From Candidatus Avamphibacillus intestinigallinarum (lineage in GTDB: Bacteria; Bacillota; Bacilli; Bacillales; Amphibacillaceae), in assembly GCA_018711205.1 (NCBI GenBank), contig DVIO01000104.1, positions 1,652 through 65,651 on the forward strand: a stretch of 64,000 nucleotides of DNA, in the 5' to 3' direction. Below, piece by piece: positions 47,792-58,754 of this stretch. The first letter of the stretch is position 1. Each line of letters begins with the position of its first letter. Made by a program: the position numbers and the translations under genes. The notes under the pieces are model-generated. The model was not told the origin of the DNA. It saw nothing but the letters and a program-made list of their open reading frames with translations, and did not search any database.

Positions 47792-48392
47792 AGGCAGAAC
47801 AGCAGACAGTACGATTGATTTATTACATAAAACCGGGATCCACTTTCCCGATTTTACAAAAGACAGTCGTAAACTCGTCTTTTTTAGTTCCGACCAATCG
47901 ATTAAGCTCATTTTCGTAAAAGCCGTTGATGTTTGCACATATGTCGATAAAGGAGCTGCTGATATTGGTGTCGTGGGAAAAGATAATATTTTAGAATCCG
48001 GTGCTGATATTTATGAATTACTCGATTTAGAAATTGGCAAATGTAAGTTTTCAGTCGCTGGTCCGATTGATCACCCACCTCTTGATGAAGTGAGTCAACT
48101 CACTGTCGCCTCAAAGTACCCGGGTGTAGCTGAAAAATTCTTTAAGGAAAAGGGTATTGAAGTAGATTTAATCAAATTAAATGGATCAGTTGAACTCGCA
48201 CCCTTAATCGGGATGTCCGATGTCATCGTCGATATCGTTGAAACTGGTAATACGATTCGAGAAAATGGCCTGAAAGTGATGGATGATATTGAAGATATTA
48301 GTACACGTTTAATTGTAAATAAATCAAGCTTTGCGACTAAAACAAAAAGCATTCAATATATCATTGACCAATTTAGAGCTGGATTGGAGTGA
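47763..48392 (+). CDS. hisG: ATP phosphoribosyltransferase (short form)
   Basis: 209 aa, LTIALAKGR N-terminus and DIVETGNT motif. Confidence 0.95.
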   Translation: MDPLTIALAKGRTADSTIDLLHKTGIHFPDFTKDSRKLVFFSSDQSIKLIFVKAVDVCTYVDKGAADIGVVGKDNILESGADIYELLDLEIGKCKFSVAGPIDHPPLDEVSQLTVASKYPGVAEKFFKEKGIEVDLIKLNGSVELAPLIGMSDVIVDIVETGNTIRENGLKVMDDIEDISTRLIVNKSSFATKTKSIQYIIDQFRAGLE

Positions 48393-48397
48393 ACGCC

Positions 48398-49678
48398 ATG
48401 CAAATTATAACTGGAACAGCATATGAACAAGAGTTAGATCATCCGACACGTTTTGAGGAGAGCAATCAACGACTGGATGACATTGTCTTAGAAATTATTC
48501 AAGATGTGCGACAAAATCAAGATGCGAGTCTATTAAAATACACTAAAAAATTCGATCAAGCGACATTATCGTCATTACGCGTGACAGAAGAAGAATTCTC
48601 TGAAGCTGAGTCGCTCGTTTCTAACCAATTTAAACAAGCGATACAGCAAGCAGCAGAAAACATTCGACTATTTCATGCCGAACAAAAAGAAAAATCCTGG
48701 TTCATGAATCCAACTGATGAGATTATGCTTGGTCAAAAGGTGACCCCTCTTGACTCAGTTGGTGTTTATGTACCTGGTGGAAAAGCAAGTTATCCTTCTA
48801 CTGTTTTAATGAATGTCATTCCTGCAAAAATTGCTGGGGTTCCAGCAATTGCCATTACAACACCACCAAATGCTGATGGGACCGTTAATCCGCATGTTCT
48901 ATACGCAGCACGTTTAGCAGGTGTTGATCATGTTTATAAAGTTGGCGGAGCTCAAGCGATTGCTGCACTTGCTTATGGCACCGAGACCATTACAAAGGTA
49001 AATAAAATTGTCGGACCTGGCAACGCTTTTGTCGCACGTGCTAAAAAATGGGTATATGGTGATGTTGCGATTGATATGATTGCAGGACCGAGCGAAATTT
49101 GTGTTGTTGCTGATGAAACAGCCATTCCCAAATATGTGGCAGCTGATTTATTATCACAAGCAGAGCATGACGAAAACGCTGCTTCTATCTGTATTGCTTT
49201 GAATGAAACAATCGCTCAAGACATCCAAAAAGAAGTTATGTCACAACTGAACATGCTTGAACGCTTCGATATTGCCAATGCATCCATTGAAGCAAATGGA
49301 CGCATTGTTGTTGCGAAAGATCGCGATGAAGCGTTTAAGCTCGTGAATAAACTTGCACCAGAACATTTACAACTCATGCTCGCTTCACCTGAAGAGCAGA
49401 TGCATCAAATAAAACATGCAGGTGCCATATTCCTTGGCAACTATTCACCAGAACCACTAGGTGACTACTTTGCTGGACCAAATCATACATTACCCACCAG
49501 TGGCACAGCTGCTTTTGCCTCCCCACTGGGTGTCTATGATTTCCTAAAGAAATCTAGTATCATCCGTTATTCCAAACAAGCGTTGCTTGAATCTGCTGAT
49601 GCCATTGCAACGATTGCCAATATGGAAGGTTTAACGGCTCATGCAAAAGCAATTACCATTCGAAAGGAAGATGAATAA
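48398..49678 (+). CDS. hisD: Histidinol dehydrogenase
   Basis: GPGN.FV, SQAEHD, PEHL motifs; ATG 48398 behind GGAG (track GTG 48389 alternative). Confidence 0.95.
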   Translation: MQIITGTAYEQELDHPTRFEESNQRLDDIVLEIIQDVRQNQDASLLKYTKKFDQATLSSLRVTEEEFSEAESLVSNQFKQAIQQAAENIRLFHAEQKEKSWFMNPTDEIMLGQKVTPLDSVGVYVPGGKASYPSTVLMNVIPAKIAGVPAIAITTPPNADGTVNPHVLYAARLAGVDHVYKVGGAQAIAALAYGTETITKVNKIVGPGNAFVARAKKWVYGDVAIDMIAGPSEICVVADETAIPKYVAADLLSQAEHDENAASICIALNETIAQDIQKEVMSQLNMLERFDIANASIEANGRIVVAKDRDEAFKLVNKLAPEHLQLMLASPEEQMHQIKHAGAIFLGNYSPEPLGDYFAGPNHTLPTSGTAAFASPLGVYDFLKKSSIIRYSKQALLESADAIATIANMEGLTAHAKAITIRKEDE

Positions 49679-49679
49679 G

Positions 49680-50264
49680 TTGCGTAGACATCAAATCTCA
49701 AGACAAACTGCTGAAACAGATATTGAATTAGACTTTTCAATTGATGGTTCAGGTGAAACAAATATTAAAACAGGTGTTGGCTTTTTAGATCATATGCTTT
49801 TACTTATGACAAAGCATGGTTCATTTGATTTAAAGGTACTTTGTAATGGTGATTTAGAAGTTGACCAACATCATACAACTGAAGATATCGGAATTGCCCT
49901 TGGACAGGCCTATAACGAAGCACTTGGTGACAAAGCTGGCATTACTCGTTATGCGACGATTACCACACCAATGGATGAATCCTTATCGACTTTATCGATT
50001 GATGTGAGTGGACGTCCTTGCCTCGTTTATCATGTTGACGGATTAAAAGACAAAGTTGGTGACTTCGATACCGAGCTTGTTGAGGAATTTTTCCAAGGGT
50101 TTGTCAATCATGCCAAGGTTGCGCTACACATCCAGTTGCATTACGGGAAGAATACGCATCATATGATTGAGTCCATCTTTAAAGGATTTGGTCGTACATT
50201 ACGAGAAGCAGCTTTTGTCAGTGGTCGTTTTAAAGGTGTGCCTTCTACAAAAGGTCTACTCTAG
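49680..50264 (+). CDS. hisB: Imidazoleglycerol-phosphate dehydratase
   Basis: TAETDIEL..., HHTTEDIGIALG, HH..ESIFK motifs; TTG 49680 (AGGAAG RBS, 9-nt spacer) gives 194 aa as in B. subtilis. Confidence 0.93.
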   Translation: MRRHQISRQTAETDIELDFSIDGSGETNIKTGVGFLDHMLLLMTKHGSFDLKVLCNGDLEVDQHHTTEDIGIALGQAYNEALGDKAGITRYATITTPMDESLSTLSIDVSGRPCLVYHVDGLKDKVGDFDTELVEEFFQGFVNHAKVALHIQLHYGKNTHHMIESIFKGFGRTLREAAFVSGRFKGVPSTKGLL

Positions 50265-50282
50265 CTAAGGAAAGGAATAAAA

Positions 50283-50891
50283 ATGATGATTGCAATCATT
50301 GACTACGGTGCAGGTAACATAAAAAGTTTACAATTCGCTTTAGAGCGACTTCAAATACCATCAATATTAACAAGCGACAAACAAAAAATTGAACAAGCAG
50401 ATGCACTTATTCTGCCAGGAGTCGGGTCTTTTTACGACGCAATGGATAAATTAAACGAAAAACAACTTGATACTGTCATAAAAAAAGAAGTACAAAACGG
50501 TAAACCTTTGCTTGGGATTTGTTTAGGTATGCAAATGCTTTTTGAGACAAGCACTGAAGGTGGAAATTCAAAAGGGCTTGGTCTATTAAAAGGTAAGATT
50601 GATATAATACCCAATACTGTCAAGGTACCACATATGGGATGGAATCTTTTAAATATTCAACTCGAACAACCAATTGTTCAGAAATTACCTAAACGTCCTT
50701 TTGTTTACTTTGTTCATTCTTATTACGCACAGAGTACTGAACCGACTAATGTCATTGCAAATACTGATTATGACGTATCAATCCCAGCAATTGTACAACA
50801 AGATAATATCATCGGCATTCAATTTCATCCAGAAAAAAGTGGCGAAGCTGGTTTACAAATATTAAGAAACTTTGGAGGTATTATTTCATGA
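50283..50891 (+). CDS. hisH: Imidazole glycerol phosphate synthase, glutaminase subunit
   Basis: Class I GATase: GICLGMQ catalytic Cys, HSY, FHPEKS. Confidence 0.95.
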   Translation: MMIAIIDYGAGNIKSLQFALERLQIPSILTSDKQKIEQADALILPGVGSFYDAMDKLNEKQLDTVIKKEVQNGKPLLGICLGMQMLFETSTEGGNSKGLGLLKGKIDIIPNTVKVPHMGWNLLNIQLEQPIVQKLPKRPFVYFVHSYYAQSTEPTNVIANTDYDVSIPAIVQQDNIIGIQFHPEKSGEAGLQILRNFGGIIS

Positions 50892-51598
50892 TTTTGTTCC
50901 CTGCAATTGATATTTTAAATGGTAAATGTGTTCGCCTAATCCAAGGCGATTACAATCAAGAAAAGGTATATAGTGATTCACCTGTTGAGATGGCACAAAG
51001 TTGGGCGAATCAAGGTGCAGAATTTATTCACATCGTTGATTTAGATGGTGCCAAAACGGGACAAACGGTAAATCATAGAATTATTAAAGAAATCGCCGAA
51101 AAGGTCAATATTCCAGTTCAAGTTGGTGGTGGCATTCGCTCAATGGAAACTGTTCATCATTTACTAGATAACGGTGTGGCACGAGTAATTATCGGAACAG
51201 CTGCTATTCAAAACCCAGCATTTCTAAAGGAAGCCGTATCTTTATACGGAGATAAAATCGCTGTATCACTTGATGCACGAAATGGCTATATTGCAACAGA
51301 CGGTTGGACAGATACTAGTGAGGTAAAAGCGATTGAGCTTGTTAAAGATCTAGACAAAGTAGGTATAAAAACGATTGTTTATACAGATATAGCCAAGGAT
51401 GGTATGTTACAAGGACCAAACTTCGAAGAACTTGAAGTCATGAATAATGCCACAAACATTGATGTCATTGCTTCTGGTGGGGTTTCAACCGTAAATGATA
51501 TTAATCAATTACAACAAATGAACTTGTACGGCGCAATCGTTGGCAAAGCATTATATGACGGTACAGTACAATTCAAGGAATTATTGGGGGCCAAATGA
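50888..51598 (+). CDS. hisA: ProFAR isomerase
   Basis: FPAIDI..G..VRL, VQVGGGIR, (beta/alpha)8 HisA motifs. Confidence 0.95.
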   Translation: MILFPAIDILNGKCVRLIQGDYNQEKVYSDSPVEMAQSWANQGAEFIHIVDLDGAKTGQTVNHRIIKEIAEKVNIPVQVGGGIRSMETVHHLLDNGVARVIIGTAAIQNPAFLKEAVSLYGDKIAVSLDARNGYIATDGWTDTSEVKAIELVKDLDKVGIKTIVYTDIAKDGMLQGPNFEELEVMNNATNIDVIASGGVSTVNDINQLQQMNLYGAIVGKALYDGTVQFKELLGAK

Positions 51599-52365
51599 TG
51601 AACTTAACCAAACGTATTATTCCATGTCTTGACGTTGATAAAGGACGTGTCGTCAAGGGAAAAAAATTCAAAAACATTCAGGATGTTGCGGATCCCGTAG
51701 AGCTCGCGAAAAATTATAACGCCCAAGGTGCAGACGAACTTGTTTTTTACGATATAACAGCATCTAATGAAGGACGAAGCATTTTTGTTGATATTGTTGA
51801 ACAAGTTGCAAAAGAAATCTCTATCCCTTTTACAGTTGGTGGTGGATTACGAACTGTAGAAGATATTCAAAAGGTGCTACGTGCTGGAGCCGATAAGGTT
51901 TCAATCAATAGTGCCGCAGTAAAGAACCCTAAGCTGCTAAGTGACACAAGAGACAAATTCGGAAAACAATGTGTCGTCCTAGCCATTGATACAAAAAAAG
52001 TTGCTGATGGACGCTGGGGTGTATTCATTAATGGCGGCCGTGTAGACACAGGAAAAGATGCGATTGAATGGGCAATCGAAGCCGAAAAACTAGGTGCCGG
52101 AGAAATTGTTGTAAATGCAATTGACGAAGACGGCGAAAAAGATGGATACAATCTTGAATTAAACCGGCAAATTGCTGAAGCCGTTAATATTCCAATTGTT
52201 GCTAGTGGTGGTGCTGGTAAGCTAGAACATTTTAAAGAAACATTAACTGAAGGTAAATCAGATGCTGCCCTAGCCGCTTCAGTATTTCATTATGGTGATA
52301 TTGAGATTCGTGAATTAAAACAATATCTGAAATCTAACAACATCCCCATTCGAGAGGTGGAGTGA
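51595..52365 (+). CDS. hisF: Imidazole glycerol phosphate synthase, cyclase subunit
   Basis: [20 protein letters not shown] motifs. Confidence 0.95.
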   Translation: MMNLTKRIIPCLDVDKGRVVKGKKFKNIQDVADPVELAKNYNAQGADELVFYDITASNEGRSIFVDIVEQVAKEISIPFTVGGGLRTVEDIQKVLRAGADKVSINSAAVKNPKLLSDTRDKFGKQCVVLAIDTKKVADGRWGVFINGGRVDTGKDAIEWAIEAEKLGAGEIVVNAIDEDGEKDGYNLELNRQIAEAVNIPIVASGGAGKLEHFKETLTEGKSDAALAASVFHYGDIEIRELKQYLKSNNIPIREVE

Positions 52366-52367
52366 AT

Positions 52368-53009
52368 ATGACATTTGATGTAAATCTTTTAAAATATGAT
52401 GATAAAGGGTTAATTCCAGCAATTGTACAAGATGATTCAACTGGTGAAGTATTGATGCTTGCCTACATGAATCAAGAGGCTGTACAAAAAACAATCGATA
52501 CGAAGGAAACATGGTTTTATAGTAGAAGTCGTCAGGAGCTATGGCATAAAGGAGCGACTTCTGGGAACACACAAACAGTTACACGAATTGAAAAAGACTG
52601 TGATGATGACACTCTATTGGTTACTGTTACACCAAATGGACCGGCCTGCCATACTGGCGAGCAGACATGTTTCTATGAAACGATTCAAGAACATAAAACA
52701 CCAACTCGCACTGTCATTCATGAACTCGTTGAAAATATTAAAGATCGAAAAGCAAATCCTGTTGAAGGTGCTTATACGACATACTTATTCAATGAAGGCA
52801 TTGATAAAGTCCTTAAAAAAGTCGGTGAAGAAGCAGCTGAAGTGATTATTGGCGCAAAAAATACAGATCAAGAAGAAGTGATTTGGGAAGTGTCTGATCT
52901 GATTTATCATACGCTTGTATTACTAGAAATTCTCGATGTTTCAGTAGATGACATTAAAGAAGAGCTTGTAAAGCGTCACATTCAAAAGCAAGGTGAAAGA
53001 AATGAATAA
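52368..53009 (+). CDS. hisI: Bifunctional phosphoribosyl-AMP cyclohydrolase / phosphoribosyl-ATP pyrophosphatase
   Basis: HisI ([22 protein letters not shown]) fused to HisE (EEAAEV..LIYH); ATG 52368 behind GAGGTGGAG. Confidence 0.94.
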   Translation: MTFDVNLLKYDDKGLIPAIVQDDSTGEVLMLAYMNQEAVQKTIDTKETWFYSRSRQELWHKGATSGNTQTVTRIEKDCDDDTLLVTVTPNGPACHTGEQTCFYETIQEHKTPTRTVIHELVENIKDRKANPVEGAYTTYLFNEGIDKVLKKVGEEAAEVIIGAKNTDQEEVIWEVSDLIYHTLVLLEILDVSVDDIKEELVKRHIQKQGERNE

Positions 53010-54060
53010 ATTTTGGAGTTCTATGGTGAGGCGTACAAAACCATATGTACCAGGAGAACAAGTTAACTCGGAAAACTTACTTAAATTAAATACAAATGAA
53101 AATCCATATCCCCCCTCACCTCATGTAACAAAAGCGATTGAAGGGGAAATGCATCGTCATTTACAATTATACCCTTCTCCAACGGCTGATCGATTACGTG
53201 AAGTGATTGCGGATAAACACCAATTAACAAAAGACCATATCTTCATCGGCAATGGTTCTGATGAGGTCTTAGCCTTTAGCTTTATGGCATTTTTTGAACC
53301 GGGACAGACGATACGTTTTCCAAACATTACGTATAGCTTCTACCCCGTATACTCGAAAATTTTTGATATACCTTATGAAACGGTTCCATTACAGGATGAT
53401 TTTACCATCTGCCCAAGGGACTATTTTAACGCTCAAGGTGGCGTGATTTTTCCCAATCCAAACGCACCAACAAGTCTATATTTAGAACTTGAGGCCATTG
53501 AGCAAATCTTACAACAAAATCCCAATCAAGTTGTCATCATTGATGAAGCTTATATAGACTTTGCTAAAACATCTGCAGCCACGTTAATTGAACAATACGA
53601 GAATTTACTCGTCGTGCAAACCACTTCTAAATCGCGCTCATTAGCTGGTTTACGAGTTGGCTTTGCACTGGGGCAACCACATTTAATCGAAGCACTTATG
53701 CGCATTAAAGATTCGATCAATTCATATACCATTGATCGTCTCGCCCTTGTCGGGGCAACTGAAGCGTTTTTAGATGAGGAATACTTTACTAAAACAACGA
53801 ATCACATTATTGATACTCGAGAAAAGGTAACGACTGAGCTTGAAGCACTCGGATTCACAGTACTGCCTTCACAAACAAATTTCGTCTTTGTAACAAATGA
53901 ACACCAAAACGCTAAACGACTTTATGAACAATTAAAAGCAGATGATGTGCTCGTGCGCCACTTTGATGTAGAACCGATTGAACAGTATTTAAGAATCTCA
54001 ATTGGAACGGACGAACAAATGAAGCAATTCATAACCAGCTTAAAACAGCATCTCGCTTAA
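53002..54060 (+). CDS. hisC: Histidinol-phosphate aminotransferase
   Basis: Class II aminotransferase; LNTNENP, IDEAY, PLP lysine in [11 protein letters not shown]; ATG 53002 behind GGTGA. Confidence 0.93.
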   Translation: MNKFWSSMVRRTKPYVPGEQVNSENLLKLNTNENPYPPSPHVTKAIEGEMHRHLQLYPSPTADRLREVIADKHQLTKDHIFIGNGSDEVLAFSFMAFFEPGQTIRFPNITYSFYPVYSKIFDIPYETVPLQDDFTICPRDYFNAQGGVIFPNPNAPTSLYLELEAIEQILQQNPNQVVIIDEAYIDFAKTSAATLIEQYENLLVVQTTSKSRSLAGLRVGFALGQPHLIEALMRIKDSINSYTIDRLALVGATEAFLDEEYFTKTTNHIIDTREKVTTELEALGFTVLPSQTNFVFVTNEHQNAKRLYEQLKADDVLVRHFDVEPIEQYLRISIGTDEQMKQFITSLKQHLA

Positions 54061-54065
54061 TCAAT

Positions 54066-54110
54066 TAAAAAAGCTCGCATCTTGATGTAAGATGCGAGCT
54101 TTCTTATTTT
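54066..54110. terminator. Bidirectional terminator (hisC / siderophore SBP gene)
   Basis: AAAGCTCGCATC/GATGCGAGCTTT stem. Confidence 0.85.
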
Positions 54111-55095
54111 AGTCTAAACTTTCGTTAATTTCATCAATCATTTTCGGTACCGACTCAAGGCCGCCACCTGCTAGATACCATAGATATGGATCAAGGTAAA
54201 CGATTTTATCGTTTTTGTAAGCGTCAGTTGTTTTAACAACTTTGTTTTCTACAACTTCTTTTGCAGGTTCCCCTTCTCCAATTGCTGTACCTCTATCGAC
54301 AACATATAGGATATCTGGATTTTGTTTTTTAATATATTCAGATGAGATATTTTGTCCATGAGTAGATGCTTCGATTTTTGTATCTGCTGCCTCTACACCA
54401 AGTACATCATGAATGATCCCAAATCTTGATTTTGGACCATATGCACTCATTTTGTCATCATTTGCTAAGACAATTAGAGCTTTTTCACCTGATTTTTCTG
54501 CTTTTTCTTTAGTTTCTTTGATTTGATCTTCAATTTTCTTAACTTCTTTTTTCACATCATCTTGTTTGTCAGTGAAGATTTTACCAACTTTATCCATGTT
54601 CTCTTTGAAAGATTCCATGTAGTTTTCTGAATCAACACCTAAGTAAACAGTTGGTGCAATTTTTGATAATTCATCATATTGACTTGCTTGGCGACCTGAA
54701 ATAAGAATCACATCTGGTGCCATTTCTGATAATGCTTCAAAGTCAGGTTCTTTTAATGAACCGATATTTGTATATTTATCGTCTTTATATTTATCTAGAT
54801 ATGGAGGAATTGTATTTTGCGATACACCTTCAACCTCAATACCTAGTTTATCTAGCGTGTCCAACATACCAAAGTCAAAAACAGCAACTTTTTTCGGATT
54901 AGCATCAAGGGTTACTTTATACTTTTCATCCATGTCTGCTCTTTCGTTAACAATATGCTGATTAATTGTAACTTCCTTACTGTCTTTTTTGTCATCGCTT
55001 GATGAACCTTTTGAATCATCTGAGTCATCTGATCCACAAGCTGTTGCAATCACAGCAAATAAAGTAATGAGGGCTATAAGCCAAAACTTTTTCAT
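54109..55095 (-). CDS. Siderophore ABC transporter substrate-binding lipoprotein (YclQ-like)
   Basis: Lipobox ATACGS, Ser/Asp/Lys-rich linker, cluster-8 periplasmic binding fold; last gene of N-O-P-Q order. Confidence 0.82.
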   Translation of the reverse strand: MKKFWLIALITLFAVIATACGSDDSDDSKGSSSDDKKDSKEVTINQHIVNERADMDEKYKVTLDANPKKVAVFDFGMLDTLDKLGIEVEGVSQNTIPPYLDKYKDDKYTNIGSLKEPDFEALSEMAPDVILISGRQASQYDELSKIAPTVYLGVDSENYMESFKENMDKVGKIFTDKQDDVKKEVKKIEDQIKETKEKAEKSGEKALIVLANDDKMSAYGPKSRFGIIHDVLGVEAADTKIEASTHGQNISSEYIKKQNPDILYVVDRGTAIGEGEPAKEVVENKVVKTTDAYKNDKIVYLDPYLWYLAGGGLESVPKMIDEINESLD

Positions 55096-55165
55096 TCACA
55101 TCTCTCCCTTTCTTTATTAAAGTAAATGTATTTAGAAACTTTTGGCCAAAGTTTGCAAACAAAGA

Positions 55166-55921
55166 TTAGTAATAGACGCAAATGCGTCGATTATCAATTT
55201 CATTGATTTTAATATCCATGTCGTAGATGTCTTTTAATACACATTCATCAATCACATCACACGTACGACCTTGTTTCACGATTTTACCGTCTTTTAGTGC
55301 AACGATTTGATCAGAATAACAAGACGCAAAATTAATATCATGGATTACAATGACAATTGTTTTGTTCATTTCATCGCAAAGTTTGCGAAGATTTTTCATA
55401 ATGGACGCGGCATGGCGCATATCCAGGTTGTTAAGTGGTTCATCAAGCAAGATATACTCAGTATCTTGAGCAATGATCATTGCAATATGTGCACGTTGTC
55501 TTTGCCCACCACTTAATTGGTCAAGATATTTATCTTGCATATCTTCAAGTTCCATATAAGCAAGTGCTTCGTCTACTTTTACAATATCTTCAGCTTTTAG
55601 CTTACCTTGTGAATAAGGAAAACGTCCGAATGAAACAAGTTCACGAACAGTTAGTCGCAGGTTCAAAGCATTCGATTGTTTCAATATAGAAATCTTCTTT
55701 GCCATGTCATTGCTTTTCACATGGGAGATATCTTCACCATCGATGGTAATCTCACCTTCGTCTTTCACAATTAAACGGCTGATCATAGAAATCAATGTAC
55801 TTTTACCAGCACCGTTTGGCCCGATAAACGAAGTCAGTGTTCCTTTTTCAACTGTAAGAGATACATCATCAATCACATTTTTTTTGTTATATGATTTGAA
55901 AAGCCCTTTAATATTTACCAT
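55166..55921 (-). CDS. Iron-siderophore ABC transporter ATP-binding protein (YclP-like)
   Basis: GPNGAGKST, LSGGQRQR, LLDEP motifs. Confidence 0.9.
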   Translation of the reverse strand: MVNIKGLFKSYNKKNVIDDVSLTVEKGTLTSFIGPNGAGKSTLISMISRLIVKDEGEITIDGEDISHVKSNDMAKKISILKQSNALNLRLTVRELVSFGRFPYSQGKLKAEDIVKVDEALAYMELEDMQDKYLDQLSGGQRQRAHIAMIIAQDTEYILLDEPLNNLDMRHAASIMKNLRKLCDEMNKTIVIVIHDINFASCYSDQIVALKDGKIVKQGRTCDVIDECVLKDIYDMDIKINEIDNRRICVYY

Positions 55922-56865
55922 GATTGATTCTCCTTTAATAATAAGTAGATGAAGTAAATACCACCAACAAAGTTGATGATGACACTTATGGTTGTTTCAA
56001 ATGAAAATATCTTTTCAACAATGAACTGTCCACCGATTAAAGCGATAATACTAATGAAGACAGCACCTAATATAATATATTGATGTCTGAACGTCTTCAT
56101 AAATTCATAAGATAGGTTCACAACAAGAAGTCCTAAGAAAACAATTGGTCCAACTAATGCGGTTGCGACGGATATTAAAATCGCAACAATGATGAGTAAC
56201 CTTTTTACGACATAATCATATGGAACACCAAGATTAATGGACTCGTCTTTCCCTAGTGCAAGTACATCTAAATATTTATAAAATCTCAAGAAGTAAATGA
56301 TCACAAGTGCGATGACGACAATTGAGATATAGACCAAATCGCCGTTAATGTTATTAATACTTGCAAACATCTTGTCCTGAGCGACCATAAATTCATTTGG
56401 GTCAATTAATACTTGCATAAAGGTTGTAAAACTTGAAAAGAACGTACCTAAAATCATCCCAATTAATAATAAGAAGTAAATATTATTTTGTTCACCTTTG
56501 AATAACACTTTGAATAACACAAGTGAGAATAATACCATAGCTCCAATTGAGATGATGTAGTTCACATAACTGTTCATCATAACGAGTGAACTAGAACCAT
56601 ATAAGAAAACAATAACGGTTTGAATTAATAGATATAAAGAATCAAGTCCCATCACACTTGGGGTTAAGATTCGATTATTTGTGATTGTCATGAAAATCGT
56701 TGTCGCAAAAGCAATAGCACCACCGGTTAAAATCATAGCGGCTACTTTTAATACACGGCGCGGTAAGACATAACTAATAACACCTGTTAAGTCATAAAAA
56801 ATGTAAAGTGCTGCTAATACTACGGCGATTGCTGCGAGTAAGATTGTTTTTTGCTTATAACCCAT
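55915..56865 (-). CDS. Iron-chelate ABC permease (FecCD family, YclO-like)
   Basis: 316 aa polytopic FecCD-type permease; overlaps neighbours. Confidence 0.88.
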   Translation of the reverse strand: MGYKQKTILLAAIAVVLAALYIFYDLTGVISYVLPRRVLKVAAMILTGGAIAFATTIFMTITNNRILTPSVMGLDSLYLLIQTVIVFLYGSSSLVMMNSYVNYIISIGAMVLFSLVLFKVLFKGEQNNIYFLLLIGMILGTFFSSFTTFMQVLIDPNEFMVAQDKMFASINNINGDLVYISIVVIALVIIYFLRFYKYLDVLALGKDESINLGVPYDYVVKRLLIIVAILISVATALVGPIVFLGLLVVNLSYEFMKTFRHQYIILGAVFISIIALIGGQFIVEKIFSFETTISVIINFVGGIYFIYLLLKENQSW

Positions 56866-57808
56866 ATTTCTTTCTCCTTAACAATAGATATATGAATGCG
56901 CCGCTACCAATTACACCTACAGTTAAGCTAATTGGAATTTCATATGGATATATAAGTATTCTACCAATGATATCGCAAATCAGAACGAATATGGCACCTA
57001 ATAACGCTGTGTGCATTAGGCTTTTTTTCAAGTGGTCACCTTTATAGATTGTGACAATGTTAGGAATAATTAAACCAAGAAACGGAATGACACCCACTGT
57101 TAGAACGACTGATGCCGTAATGAGTGCGACAATCACCAAGCCAATATTAATGACTTGTCGATGATTTAATCCTAAGTTTTTGGCGAAATCTTCACCCATC
57201 CCTGCAATTGTAAATCTATTTGCATAGAAATATGCAATAAATAATAATGGGATACTAATATACATTAATTCATAATTCCCACTTAAAATGCTTGAAAAAT
57301 CCCCTTGCATCCAAGATGAGATATTTTGAATAATATCATTCCGATAGCCGATAAATGTTGTGATAGAACCAACAATACTTCCAAACATTAACCCGATTAA
57401 TGGGATAAATACTGGATCTTTAAATTTAACTCTATCCAATATTTGCATAAATAGAAATGTCCCAATAAGCGCAAATGTAAACGATAGAAGCATTTGCTGT
57501 ATCGGTGTTGCAGATGAAAACACAACAAGTGAAATCATAATTCCTAGCTTTGCTGAATCCATCGTTCCCGCTGTAGTAGGAGAAACGAATTTATTGCGGC
57601 TGAGCTGTTGCATAATTAACCCACAAATACTCATACTCATACCAGCAATGAGAATACTAACCATTCTAGGGAAACGACTCACCATTAAGATTTGTTTTTG
57701 ATCGGCTGTTAGATGGAAGATATCAAAGATAGAAATATCTGTAACACCTAGAAACAGGGAAGCTATTGATAAAATAACTGTTGCGATGATTAAATAATAT
57801 AATTTCAT
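56855..57808 (-). CDS. Iron-chelate ABC permease (FecCD family, YclN-like)
   Basis: 317 aa FecCD-type permease; first gene of operon; Fur boxes upstream. Confidence 0.88.
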   Translation of the reverse strand: MKLYYLIIATVILSIASLFLGVTDISIFDIFHLTADQKQILMVSRFPRMVSILIAGMSMSICGLIMQQLSRNKFVSPTTAGTMDSAKLGIMISLVVFSSATPIQQMLLSFTFALIGTFLFMQILDRVKFKDPVFIPLIGLMFGSIVGSITTFIGYRNDIIQNISSWMQGDFSSILSGNYELMYISIPLLFIAYFYANRFTIAGMGEDFAKNLGLNHRQVINIGLVIVALITASVVLTVGVIPFLGLIIPNIVTIYKGDHLKKSLMHTALLGAIFVLICDIIGRILIYPYEIPISLTVGVIGSGAFIYLLLRRKKYGL

Positions 57809-57881
57809 ATTAAAATCCCTTTTATTCCGGAAAAACCTGTCTCTATAAGTTTATGCTGTTTTTCCACCTCTATGATATTAT

Positions 57882-57896
57882 TAATAATTATTATCA
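57882..57896. promoter_or_regulatory. Fur box (7-1-7) upstream of siderophore ABC operon
   Basis: TAATAATTATTATCA versus consensus TGATAATnATTATCA (1 mismatch). Confidence 0.7.
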
Positions 57897-57920
57897 ATTG
57901 CGAATTCTTCTAGATAAGAA

Positions 57921-57935
57921 TGAGATTCATTATCA
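57921..57935. promoter_or_regulatory. Second Fur box (7-1-7)
   Basis: TGAGATTCATTATCA versus TGATAATnATTATCA (2 mismatches); both boxes followed by ATTG. Confidence 0.6.
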
Positions 57936-58102
57936 ATTGATTGTTGACTTGAGTATAGCATACAAAAAATCCGTTAGCAATCGTGTATCATAAGATTATT
58001 TAATATTTTTCTTAAAAAGCCACTTAATTGTCAATTTTCAGTCACCTCTCCTCCTCCATTTAATGCCTCTACTTATATACCTTTTATTTAAAATTTATAA
58101 CT

Positions 58103-58137
58103 AAAAAAATGACGAATATAATAAATCCGTCATTTTT
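58103..58137 (-). terminator. Terminator after 58130-58627 gene
   Basis: AAATGACG/CGTCATTT stem with long A/T runs; overlaps stop codon. Confidence 0.65.
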
Positions 58138-58627
58138 CAAAATAATAATAATATTTGCCTTCATTAAATGTATCTTTGTATGAATCAATTTCTTTCTTCT
58201 CATTAGGCTTTAATGAAACATCTTCATATACCTTGCGATCGCTTTTATCACCTTTCTCTTTCGTAATCACTGTGATATCCCCTTCGTATGGTTCATCAGT
58301 ATAATTACCAGCATAAATTTTTACAGTAGATTCATCTTTCTCTTCATCGGTGTAATATTTTAAATAAATGAATTGATCCTTACCTTCTTCTTCATGTATG
58401 TCATCCATATCTGCTATCATATCTCTTTTATAAAAGACATCATCATACATAAAGATTCCTGCAACAATCGTTACGATTATGTAAGAGAAAACAGCAATTT
58501 TTATGGTGGTCCCGATTATTTCCTTTTGATTATATCTCCCAAGGATGAGACCGATACAAGCAAATACTGTAAAAGCAATCGCAATATACGTCCAGTTAGA
58601 AAATAGAAGTTCAGTATATAATTCCAT
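58130..58627 (-). CDS. Hypothetical membrane protein (2 TM + Lys/Glu/Tyr-rich extracytoplasmic domain)
   Basis: 165-aa ORF with AAAGGAG RBS and own terminator; no family recognised. Confidence 0.6.
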   Translation of the reverse strand: MELYTELLFSNWTYIAIAFTVFACIGLILGRYNQKEIIGTTIKIAVFSYIIVTIVAGIFMYDDVFYKRDMIADMDDIHEEEGKDQFIYLKYYTDEEKDESTVKIYAGNYTDEPYEGDITVITKEKGDKSDRKVYEDVSLKPNEKKEIDSYKDTFNEGKYYYYFEK

Positions 58628-58640
58628 ATTGGTGCTCCTT

Positions 58641-58669
58641 TTACATTATTTGTAGATTTCTAGTATAAT
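58641..58669 (+). promoter_or_regulatory. Sigma-A promoter candidate for 58755 gene
   Basis: TTACAT-N17-TATAAT. Confidence 0.6.
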
Positions 58670-58754
58670 TGTAGCAATAAAATATAGCGAAATCTATGAA
58701 TATTGCGTACAATTGATACAAGATTTATTTCAACAAACAAAGAGGTGACAGTAT

